From Macrostomum lignano (lineage: Eukaryota): a DNA stretch of 64,000 bases. The stretch spans positions 33,454 through 97,453 of the forward strand of contig NIVC01003439.1 in NCBI GenBank assembly GCA_002269645.1, read 5' to 3'. Position numbers and translations under genes: made by a program. Of this stretch, positions 38,138 through 49,799 are shown one piece after another (position 1 is the stretch's first letter; each line of letters starts with the position of its first letter). The notes under the pieces are model-generated. The model had not been told where the DNA came from. It saw only the letters and a program-made list of their open reading frames with translations, and did no database searches.

Positions 38138-38966
38138 CGAGGGGTGTCCCAAAAGTTCCCGGAATGTCTAACGTAGCTCTTCAACAGAGCCATGAAATTT
38201 CACGCCCATGGTGTCAAATGAAAGGAAATTTTGTCACAAAGAATACAAAGTTAAAATCATGTTGATATCTTTTTTTATTCAAGAGCTACAGCAAGAAACA
38301 TGCGCGAAGGTCAGGGGTAGTGTTACACAACCTCAACAATCTATGGCAATAATTTTTTCATCTCCATTTTTGGAGTTTTTCATTTTGAATTTGTGCTACT
38401 GACGTGTCAGAAAGAAGTGGTAGTGTCTATGGAAAAAAGCAGAAATGCTCATAAAGCTAATCTGAGCTTTTGCGCAAGTGCAAATAATTTGTACCAAGCG
38501 CTTGCTTTCAACTTGAAATTTCTTTGCCAAAATGAGTTCTCTTCAGAGCCTTGAAAGTCAGCGAAGTCAAGTCTTTGCCCTTTGGTCAGTAGGATGGAGT
38601 GGAGCCAAGATTTCTGACCACTTATTCTCCATCCACGGTGAGAACAGCCTGAAAAAAACTGCAATTTACGGATGGATCGAACGCTTTAGAGATGGCCAGT
38701 CTGCTGTGAATGAATTCAAAATGAAAAACTCCAAAAATGGAGATGAAAAAATTATTGCCATAGATTGTTGAGGTTGTGTAACACTACCCCTGACCTTTGC
38801 GCACGTTTCTTGCTGTAGCTCTTGAATAAAAAAAGATATCAACATGATTTTAACTTTGTATTCTTTGTGACAAAATTTCCTTTCATTTGACACCATGGGC
38901 GTGAAATTTCATGGCTCTGTTGAAGAGTTACGTTAGACATTCCAGGAACTTTTGGGACACCCCTCG
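38138..38966 (+). mobile_element. Internally deleted mariner element with ~255-bp inverted arms
   Basis: TA|CGAGGGGTGTCCCAAAAGTT at the left end and AACTTTTGGGACACCCCTCG|TA at the right; arms ~38138-38391 and ~38712-38966 are near-perfect. The interior ORF 38532-38771 encodes a mariner N-terminal HTH (QRSQVFALW...KISDHLFSIHGENSLKKTAIYGWIERFRDG). Confidence 0.92.
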
Positions 38967-39228
38967 TATTCCAAGGAGTAGGATGCATAAATCTACACAG
39001 ATTACAAAGATCTTTCAACAAATTTTGTATACTAAATATATTTTGCTAGTTTTAAATATATAACTAGTAGTCATATGCCAGATGCTCTTCCTAGGTTTTG
39101 ACAAATCCATTAGGCATTGTCAATAAAAAGTATACTGTTTAACAGTAGGAATACCAAGTCATTTTTCTGCTCATTGAACTACCAAGAGGGGGGACTTCCC
39201 CCTGACAATTTTTTGCTATACCAGAATA

Positions 39229-40011
39229 GGCTCATTCCATATAAGATGGACATATTTGGAAAATAGAAAAAAGTCAATATTTTTGCTTGCCATTGCCTTA
39301 TTAGTCTATTTTTTTACCAAATGTTTTTATGTGCAATATATACAATCTAAGAATAAAGGAATGGTAAAATGTTGGATTAGTATGTTATCAATTGGCAAAA
39401 AGTCATTTTTATAAAAATTTGGACATTTTTTGAAGCAAAAGACATCATCAAGATTTTGTACCTTTTAAAAACAAATAGAAAGCTTTTGAAGGTTGAAACA
39501 AACTATAGATAAAAGTATAGTACTTGCATCATCAGATAAAAGCATTGGTGACCAAATAATCTATTATATTTTTAATGTATTAGTACCTCAAAGTTACTGA
39601 ATTGACAGAAAAAAATGTTACGACCATAATGTTATGACCATAAGGCTGCCTTTTCTTTTGTATCTTTGTTGCCTTTTGAGTTTATATATTCTAATAAAAG
39701 AGTATGATTTCTAAAGATGTTCTTAGTCAAATTTTAAAAATGTATCGCAAAATATCAAAAATGAAAAATGTTATAAGACTTTTACCTTTTAGTTTCTATA
39801 TGTCAAAAATCCTGTCGTTACGACCATAAGTGTCATTTAAGGTTTAATAGCATCTATACAAATTATGATATCTATATGAAACTCTATAAATATATTCTAG
39901 ACAAAATAATCTTTCATTTAAAATATTGGTTTAGTATATTCTATTATTAGATTTCATTTTATAAGTAAAAATAGCCTGTCATGTTACGACCGTGCTTATA
40001 TGGAATGAGCC
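39229..40011. mobile_element. Unclassified non-autonomous TIR element
   Basis: Perfect 17-bp TIR GGCTCATTCCATATAAG / CTTATATGGAATGAGCC, with AATA on both flanks and internal repeats of TGTTACGACCATAA. Confidence 0.75.
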
Positions 40012-42065
40012 AATAGACAAAATATAAGAACATGGGCAAATTTTTGTTGTATAGCTTTTTCAACAAAAATCAAGTTGCTAGTCCTCTGGAATGTTGAGAT
40101 ATTCAACAATTCTGCTAGGTCAGATTTTTCCCATAAGTGCTAGTATATTCAGTATACCCCTGCATGCCAACCAGTATTGCACCTTAGTGCAGCCTTGCCT
40201 AGCCTCCAAATTTCATCAGCACATTGATCACTCACATGTGTTTGCATTAGCTGACTTTGTTGGTTATTGGCCTGCATCTAGGCAGAGCTTTTGGACTTTA
40301 GCTTCAACAGGTGGCACCAAGTGACTATAGATACACTATTGCAAAATTCTCTAGTTTCACCAACTAAGCCTTGATAGCAGGCAAGCCTCAACTGCTGAAT
40401 ATCCTTAGCTAGTCTTTCAAGCATTCTATTATTATCCCAATGCTATTTGCTCCTTTAATAGGTAGCACCAAGTGACTATGAATATGCTGTTGCAAATTTC
40501 TTTGATGTTATATTACTGACCAAGTATCAATAATAGGCAAAATTTAACTCCTAGGCATTTTTACCTAAACTCTTAAATAGTAAATAATTAAATCATTAAA
40601 TAATTTGTGTGCTTAATATACAGAATAATATGCAAAATAAGATATAGAATAATATGCAGAAAAACCTATAGAATAACATGCAGACTACATGGAGTAATAT
40701 GCAAAATAATATGCAAAAAAATATGCAGAATAATATATAATATAATTTATACTTACCAAAAAACTAAATAAGTCCAAAATTTATATACCTTTTTGCCTTT
40801 TATATACATATATATTGACAGGTCATTGCAACTCTTACTAAAATGAAGTTATATGCTGTCTATCATATCAAAAGCTATATAGATACACGGTTTACCCAAA
40901 AGTTCTTGGAACTTTACTTTAACTCCTCAGTACCTTGATCAATTTATGCTTTTTGTCAAACTAAAGATAATTTTTCAATAAAAAGCTTATCATTTGAATT
41001 TCTTTTCTTTTTGGTTTCAGTCTAAAGGTGCACTAAGAAATATGAAAGAAGGTTAGCATTAGTATTATACAACCTTGAATGTCTATAGTGTTTTTTTCTA
41101 TAATTTTTGGCAAAAATTAACTTTCAATTTGTCAGAAAGATATAGAGACTTGAAGATAAGTTTTTTCCATAGTAGCCTTGAGTCTTGAGTATTAACAGAG
41201 TCAAGTTTTTGCCCTTGGTCTATAGAATAAAGTGATGCCAAAATTTGAATCATCTTTTCTCAAATCCATAGTAAAACAATATTAAAAAAAACAGCTATTT
41301 AAGGAGGGATCTAATGGTTTAAGGATGGCCAGTCTACTTGGAATGACTAGCAGCCATACTTTTGCTATCTCCATAAGGCTAGGGCAAAAATTTGACTCTA
41401 CTATTTGCTGAATTGCAATGATATAGAGAGAAATTATCATTAAGTTTCTAGCAAAAAATAAGCACTTGGCATAAAATTAAACAAATGCTAACTAGGGCCT
41501 AGAGGCCAAATGAATACTTGACCAAAGACTTGACATGTTGAATAATAGACTATTTTTGAATTACTTGACTATCAAGAAATTTTATTCAGGTCAAGTTGAG
41601 AAGTTGAGCATTATTAATGGGTCTGTAAGCCTATATAGATAATATGAGATAGATATATCCTTTGACCTTCAATATAGGAAATATTAGTATAGCAATAAAA
41701 TTTCAGTATGGGGTTTTCCTTTTTTAAAATTATATCAATTGTATTATTGTGCATGCTTTGGAATTGTTTATAGGCCCTAATACAATATATTCATTTAAAT
41801 CTTTATATAAAATGATAGTATAATACTATAGGCCTAACTATAGAAAATGCTGTATAAAAATATGCAGATTACTTGCTTGATATTTCTTGATTACTTAATA
41901 TAAGTACCAAGTCTCAACTCAATACTTATACTTGGCTTGACTAAAAACCTGTGCTTGTTCAGCCTTTAATGTTGACACTATTAGTTCTGATTAAAATTTA
42001 TTGGTTTCAATAACCATAGAAAGGAATGGTTATTGAACCACTTTGATTATAAATCAGATCAAAAG

Positions 42066-45000
42066 CAGGGTGTCCGCGCGAAATTCAATATTAATTTCCA
42101 GGTTTTTCCAGGTTTTTCCAGGTTCAAATAAGTAAAGCTCCAGGTTGCTACCTGGTGAAGCTTTATAAAATGAAACGTAAAAAATGAAATGGAAAGTAAA
42201 AAATGGGTAAAATATACAGTCTACTGTCAATGAGCCGTCCATTAAAACTACAAGACTAACATTGAACGAAACTGAAACTCGCAAAATAGAACATAAAATG
42301 GGACATTTATGGAAGTGAAAATAAAGCAAAATATGCATGACAGTAAACGTTCCGCCAATGTTCAGCAAATAATTATGAGCTTTTTAAGTACTTGTAACTA
42401 ACTGTCGTCAGTTACCAAATGTACTTAGGCGAGCCTTTTGCGCAACTCCTCGACACGAGCAAGCGCCTCTGTCTCTTCAGCCAACAGAGCACGTCGCTTA
42501 GCTTCGAGCTCCTGTTCGATTCGGAAAATCTCGTCAGTCGCTTTTCTCTTCTGGGATACGGTGACCGCTGTGTTCGATTTCTCCTCGTCTCGTTTTTCCT
42601 CCAAGGCATCACGGTAACGCTGCCTGGCCATTCTGACACTAGATAGGAGATTTTTGGAGAGTAAGATGTTCTTGCGGCCACCAGCTACTGTTATAGCATC
42701 CTGGACTTGGCGCAGGGACACCAAAGAATCCTGCAGGAGGTTAGGCACCAGCAAGTCCTTGTTCACAGAAAATCCACTTTCAACAGTGGCATTGCCATGC
42801 GACATTATCAAGACCATGCTTATCGGCTTCCAGAGCGCATCTCTGGCTGCTAGCTGCAAGCCGTGAAGCACACTTGCAGTGGCTTCTGCACCAGCAAGCA
42901 GGTTCCAGTAGAGCGTGTCTACTCGCTCACTCGCGGCATTAAATGCGGCCATTGTTCTCTGAACCTCTGGACTCTCCACAAAAGTCCCAAAACTGCGTTG
43001 AGCAAGGTCGCACCCATCTGCAGATAGTCGATGACACTCCATGAGGTCCGTAAGTAGCATCCGAAAGCGCTGTTGGCTGACTTCTGGAGAGCTGCAAATG
43101 AGTGTTGGCGAGAGAGAGCTAGCTCCGCGAACAATTGGATATCGAAGAGGCGACTTCTCTAGAAGTTTTTCAATCAATTTGCAGTAGAACTGCTTGCATT
43201 CCGAAAGGAATTTCAGTTTGTCCTGCTCTGAAATCGTCTTCTCAGCAAGAGCGACACCCAATTCTTTTCGTGCGGCGAATCCAATGTCAATTAACTTTGC
43301 TGGCAAAGCAGCCTTATCCAGTTCCAAATTCGCCAGATCCGACACGGAAGCCTTGGCGACTATCTGTTGCGTAAAATAATAAGACAATATATATACTATG
43401 GAACTACAGTTGAAGTCAGTCGGCTGCATTGAATTACCTACTTACCTCAGGCTTCAAAAAAAGGCGACCAACAGTAAGAACGATGACGCTCAGCTTCTCA
43501 TAGAGAAAGACAAACATCGGCTTCTTTGTCTGAAATTCGAGTAAGAATGGCTCAAGAAGCAGCGAAACACTGCGGAAGAACTGAAGCTTAGCTGAAAGAA
43601 GCGGATCCTTGCACGCATCGCGAATCTCGCCCATCAGTTGACTTCCTTTGCCTTTGACCTTAAATTTAAAGCGCAACGTTTTGACAGCTCCGATTCTGTT
43701 TAAACATACATATGTTTTGGCTACTGTGGATAATTAAGATATACAAAAATGTTTTTCTCACCGCTGCTTTCCGGAGCCACATCTTAAGGTTAGGCAGAAT
43801 GGCAATTGCTCGTGAAGCCACAGGAGAATTCTCTAGCCAGCGGACAAGGCAAAACTTCAGTGGAAATTGGGTGTCGTTAGCTTTCGTGAGAGAAATGTAC
43901 TCAGCTCGACGTGCTGGACAGTCCTTAAGAAGCCGGTATAAGCTCCGCAAAAATCTGTTGAGCTCCCATGAAGTTGCAGCATGGCCGCACTGAAAAGCTC
44001 GGCTGACGGTATGCAAGCCGCATGTCCCAGCTTCAACAGGAACCGGGCTTTCAGGAATAGCAGAAATTTTGCCTTTCAGCAGTCGTAGAGTCTTTAAATT
44101 TACATTTGGACCGTCCATTGATACTTGTAGTACGGATGAAAGTGGCAGGTTTTTTAAGACGGACTCGAGTGCTTCAAGCAGGTTTTCTGCCTTGGTCGAG
44201 CCTAAAAAAGCAGATCCAAGATACTGGGATTGAACCTGATGGCGTTTGTTATCCCAGAATCGAACATGAACGTCCATCTGACTCTTTTGTGTAATCTTGT
44301 TTAGAGCCTCATCATAGCAAACTACGATGTCGGTACAGGCAGCCAGGTTCTGGCGCAGCTCTTGCTCGAAGAATGGAGCGAGTCCAAATTTCAGCATGTA
44401 GCCAATCTGTTGGAATGGATGTAGAGTAGGGTTTTTAACTTTAATGTTGCATTAATTTTTAACTAGGTTAAAAATAATTACACAAAATACATAACAATTA
44501 CATACCTTGTCTCGGCCCAATGAAAAGTGCTTAGCAATTTCACTATCAGGAAACATATCTTGAAATGTTTCAGGCAGCCCATCAGCCGAACGCATGCTGT
44601 AGTTTTTTTCAGCACAAAACAATGCCCACGTGACTTCAGCCTTCAGGACAGCCTCCCTAGTGAAGTAGTTCAACTTAAGGACAGTAGATTGCTGTGGTTG
44701 CTGAAGTGCTACTAGTTGTTCTTGAACCGTAACTGTTGCTGTAGATGGCTCCACAGTGTCACTGATACCATCCTTGGGCTTCTGTGACTGCTGCTGAGAT
44801 GATGACAGCATTGCACGAACACTGTACTGGGAACTCACAGCAGTGGCATTCTTTACATGTGTTGACTGGCGCATGTGGCTATCAATTGCAGCTTTGCCCA
44901 TGTTGCTCAACTTGAATTTTTTGTTGCAGACAGCACAAAAAGCAGCAGCTGAATCCCCTGGTGCCTTCTTTAAAAAGGTTGCATATTGTGGAAAACAGTT

Positions 45001-45636
45001 GGCATTCAGCCAAGCATCCAAGAACCTTGACATAATCAGGACTGTGATAGCGCAGTGCTCAGTGCTAGAAGAAAAATTCAGGAAAGCTAGTAGATCGTAG
45101 AACACCAGGTTCAAGTAAACCTCATACAATTCTCTACACTATATAAAACAAACTGTCTTCATTACATAATATGAACTGCTTCTACTAAATTCATCGATCT
45201 GAACAAATGTCAAGACATTACAGTTATAGGGTCTTGTAGATTGATTAAATCTAGATTATTTATTTCTTGTATTATACTAACTGAAGAACAAAATTAAAAG
45301 TATAGAATAAAAGACTTTGCTATAAATATACAATTTAATAAGAATATAACTATACAGGAGAGGTTGTATTTGTAACATACTATGACATGGTAGCAGCATT
45401 TTTTAACAACAAAGTTTCTATCACATCATATAGCATAATGGCATGCATTACTAAATTATAGTCTATTTCCACTTTCACATTACACAGATCATAGGAAGAA
45501 TGATAAATTACAGGTTTCCCCTCCCACATTGGTGTATTTCTAGGTTTTTTCTTCTGTTTTGGGGCATTTCCAGGTTTTTCCAGGTTTTTTTGCATTTCCA
45601 GGTTTTTCCAGGTTTTTCCAGGTCGCGGACACCCTG
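42066..45636 (-). mobile_element. Autonomous-looking hAT-superfamily DNA transposon
   Basis: 13-bp perfect TIR CAGGGTGTCCGCG, 6-bp TSD CAAAAG (42060-65 and 45637-42), subterminal TTTCCAGGTT repeats at both ends, and an internal spliced transposase. Confidence 0.93.
42425..45033 (-). CDS. hAT-type DDE transposase, 4 exons, ~774 aa from the first in-frame ATG of exon A
   Basis: Exons 45033-44506, 44406-43762, 43658-43446 and 43363-42425, separated by three phase-0 GT-AG introns, with no stops. Motifs: BED-like CAVC...SHMRQSTH, MFPDSEIA, CYDEALN, SMDGPNVN, CGLH, SHGNATVESGFSVN. An acceptor at ~45066 suggests a further upstream exon. Confidence 0.9.
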
Positions 45637-48537
45637 CAAAAGGAAATTAAAATGACAAACTTTTTTATTGAAAAATTATCTTAAGTTTGACATATAAAGC
45701 ATAAATATTGGTCAAGGTACTGAGGAGCTAAAGCAAAGATTCTAAGAACTTTTGGGACATCCCCCATAGTTTAATAAAAAATTGGTTTGGTAATTGAAAT
45801 TTTGTTGTTCTGGCTATTAAAACTTAAAATAATAGTGGCATAAATAAAATAGTTATTCCATTTATATCATAAGTATATCATATCATTCATATATCAATTT
45901 TTTTTAAATTATGAAAGTTGCTTTCTTAGAAAAATATAGACTAGTTAGTATTAGTAGGACCTAGTTACTTTTTCTGCCACATCTGCAAGTTAAAGTTAAA
46001 ATTTTCAATTTTCAATAACCTTGACTAGGCCCCCTAACTGGCTTGTTTGCTTTAAAAGTCATCTAGAAGTCACCTAGAGGCTGGAAAGTTCGGACTTATG
46101 GTCACATGCTAATTTATAGAAATATAGAAATCAGGATAGACAGTATCTGAGTATCAGTTTGGTGTTGGTGATTGGTGCAACTATATTCGCACAATTGCAC
46201 ATTATATTTTTTGCAATCCTGTTAATAAAATGATAAGTTTTCATTGAATCATCCTACCCACTGTAGAGCTAAAAATGCGAGCTAAATTTTCATTAAGTTA
46301 CATTTGGTAAACAAAATTTAGCTTTTACTTGTTTATACTGAATTCTCAAATTATGGTTTTCATGACCGTGGATGGATAAAAATAATAAATTCGCATATGA
46401 TCTGAACTCTCAGCGATAACTTGATTTAAAAATGTCTTTTGCCTAGCAATGCACAAAACAAAATGTATATCGCTACACAGCCGCAGTAGCAAACATTACC
46501 TTTTCTGTGACGGAACACACGTTTTTTCTCATCTTGCTTGAAAAAAAACCACTGGCTTGCAAAAAAAGCATAGTCAATAAAAAAATTTAATATTTTATCA
46601 AATTGCTCAAATCGTTTTGTATGCTGCGGCTTTAGTCCATAGTTTAAGGATCGATTTTTTCGTAATAAGCCAGGCTGCCAGGTGGTCGTCTCTGCTGAGG
46701 TTGTGTTAGGACTTGATTTTAAATTAAAGTATTTTAGGCTTGTAAAAGTGAAAATTAATCTCAATTATCAAATCAACGTTTGGTTAAATAAAAAAATGAT
46801 GAACGCATTTGCCAACGTGTATTTAAGTTCTAGCATTGTTGGGTCTAAGCTTGAGCCTAGTGCCGAGGGCCTTCTGATTAATATGTCAACTAAAATAAAG
46901 TCTGAATTCAAATTTTACCTAATTACGTCATATATAATTATTAATAAGGTCTGAAAAAAATAAAAAAAGCTTTTGTTCAGCTGCTGTATGTTTCATGGCT
47001 TGTATTAAAACTATGCCATGAGTTTAATGGGTCATGACAACTCATGATCCCTAACTTTTTAAGGGGAGGGGATCAGCCCAACCCTTGAAAATGAAACCTT
47101 GAAAACTTTTATCTTACTTTTTATGCTTCTTTATAAATTTATTTTTACTTAGCAAAAGAATATATATAACAAAAACACTCGGAGAAAAACAGTCATAAAT
47201 AAATATTTTTTAGTATATATAATGTATTTAGTTTTTATTTAATATATTAAACCTCTGGCTCTAGCAAACAAGGGAAAATCAAAAAGGTATATTATTTTCT
47301 TAACTAGGCCTAGTGAATGAAAAAAAAATTTACTTTCTTAATTAAGTTCCCATACAATGATACTAACTTAGCTTAGTGCTTTGGTAGGCCTAGCCTCTGA
47401 ATGCCTATAGCATTAGTTTTTACCTTGGATTATTTTTTTTACTATTGGTTTATTGATAATAGCCTAATATTGCAGTTACAAAAGCCCAATTGCATCTTTA
47501 TAGCAAGTTTTTCAATATTGGAAATAGCAAAAGTCCAATCTCATTTTTTGGAATACTTTTAGGACTTTCTCTTTTATTTTAGCTACTTTAGTTCCTAGGA
47601 TTTTTAGCATATAGTATATATTTAATATTATTAGTTTAGGGTCCTTTTAAATATCATTTTTTAAGAAGACTAGGCCTTATTTTATTGACTTGTATTATTT
47701 TCTTAAACAAAGTTATATAAAAGAATAGTTTTTAAGTCTCAATAAAATTGTTTAAAAATGGTTATTTATTAATTCAAAAAACTTTAAAGCATTAATCCTA
47801 GGTTAGCCACAATATTAGATATATAGAATTGTGGAGTTAGAGATATATAAGTTTCTCTTAGGGCTGCAAATTGGCTAGAAGGATGACCTAATCAAAGCAA
47901 TCAATGAATAGGCCACAGAATGAAACAACCATGAAAGTACTATGTCTTGCAAACTGGCTTTTAAAGCAGAGATTGGTAGACTTTTATCTCAAAAGCTAGA
48001 TATTGTAAATAATCTAGCTAATGTCTACAAAGGCAGATAAAGGTGGAAAGAAAAATGAATAGACAATAAGAAGAGAAGAAAGGTGAGAGAGGGGATAAGA
48101 TAAAAGATAAAAAAGATAAGAAGGTAAAAAGAAAAGGAGGAGGATAGGAAAAAGAAGTGAGAAGACAATAGAGGTGAAAAAGAGATAAGAAAGACAAAAA
48201 GAGAGAAAGATGGGATGAGAAAAAGATAAGAGATAAAATAAAAAAGAGTGTGGCTTAAAAATTATGCTTTAGTAAAAGATAATGTGTGGTATGTCTATAA
48301 TAAGAATTAAAATCAATTTAAAAGAAGCCCCATGTGCAAAAAATTAAGCAATGACAGAACTTTGATTGTCTTGTATATTATCTTTTTCATAGAAATGGCT
48401 TGTTAAAAAATGGTGAAACTTACAAAAATAAAGACTATTCTATTTTTTACATTTAAACAGTAATAATTTCTAGAATAAACTGTCATAAAATGCAAGCCAG
48501 TATTTTTTTCAAAATGTGATGTCTAGACTAAATAACT

Positions 48538-48873
48538 GGCATATCAACTAAAGCTCATAAAGTAGAGCCCAAGTAACCTATACACACAAATGATATGACA
48601 TTCTGCTCACAATGACACTAGAAAGCATGGTTTGACAAAAAGTGACAAAAATTAGACTTCCAAGCATGGGGATAATTAGGTACTATATTATCTTAACTTG
48701 AGCTCATAAAGTAGTCTATAATTATCCCCTTGCTTTTTCTCATCTTTCCCAAGTCCAATTTTTGCCACTTTTTTGCCAAACCCAGCTTCCTAGTGTCATT
48801 GTGAGCTAAATGACATATCATTTATGTAGATAGGTTATTGGGGCTCCACTTTATGAGCTTTAGTTGACAGGCC
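48538..48873. mobile_element. Foldback MITE (near-complete hairpin)
   Basis: TCAACTAAAGCTCATAAAGT...GGGGATAATTA pairs with its reverse complement at ~48715-48868, leaving a short loop. Confidence 0.75.
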
Positions 48874-49799
48874 CTTTTGACAAAGTATAAACTTGCTCTT
48901 TTGCCACCTTTGGTTCTTGGTATACAATGATTTTATCTATTATTTTTTGTTTGCTAGTAGATAAAACAATTTTTTCTAGTAGAAAAGATATACTTTGCCA
49001 GCTAGAAAAATTGTTAGCTAAGAAAATCTACAACAAAGAAAGTATAAGCTCAGCTTAGAATTTTAGTAGCTATATTATTTTAAATTCTAAATCATCCCTG
49101 TAAGTGTAAGTGCTAATTAGCACTGTAATTAGCACTGTAAGTGCTAATATGCAAGGACAAGTGTAACACTTAGAATCTGCTAAGTTATGTGTATTTACAG
49201 TCCTACATTTATATATTTTTTCTTGTGCACATATAACACATTAAAGTCATATTTGAAGGCTTGTGGCCTATGACAACACGTGGTTATAAATTTGTATAAC
49301 TATATTGATTCAATGTGACTATTGCATTCCATCTAGAGTGCCTAATCTTTCTATGTTGAGTATTTAGTCCTAGCATAGTGGCTTATTAATAAGATGAACA
49401 ATGTTATCGAGGGTTGGTACTTAAGATTGAAAAAAAATATTGTATAATGCATGAATACTTTTATATTAATTAGCATCCTAGCAGAGCAAAAAACCTGCTA
49501 AGATGTGGTTTTAAATGTGAATTCATGCTTGGAACTGTGATGACTTGAATTTTAATTCATGAGTCCTTTGTCTTCGTGTTGCTAGCTATTCTGCTGTTTC
49601 TCTGAATATAGTCCATCACTAGAAAAGCTGCTAAAGGATAAAGAAAAGAAAGCTGATCAAAAGTTTTTGGCTTTAAAACTCGCAGGTTAAAGAAAGTGTA
49701 TAAAAGCGTTACTGTAAGTGTTTGTGTTTGTGTTGGCATTTGATTGAAAGTTAGCTCATCCTACTATTTAAGAAAGCAAGTAGCCATCAGCGCCAGATA

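Larger units (their letters stand above)
40886..45766 (+). mobile_element. Old decayed mariner element (~1.3 kb), interrupted by the hAT insertion
   Basis: Inverted arms of ~125 bp at 40886-41010 and 45637-45766 (CCCAAAAGTTCTT...CTCCTCAGTACCTTGA) with TA flanks. Segment ~41170-41345 is homologous to the HTH-coding region of the 38-kb mariner. Confidence 0.8.

Noticed and set aside
49680-49720. CAG|GTTAAAG upstream of both the R3H gene and the Slp-like gene (~59390) as a shared regulatory motif
   Set aside because: Two short matches are compatible with chance or with ordinary splice sites.
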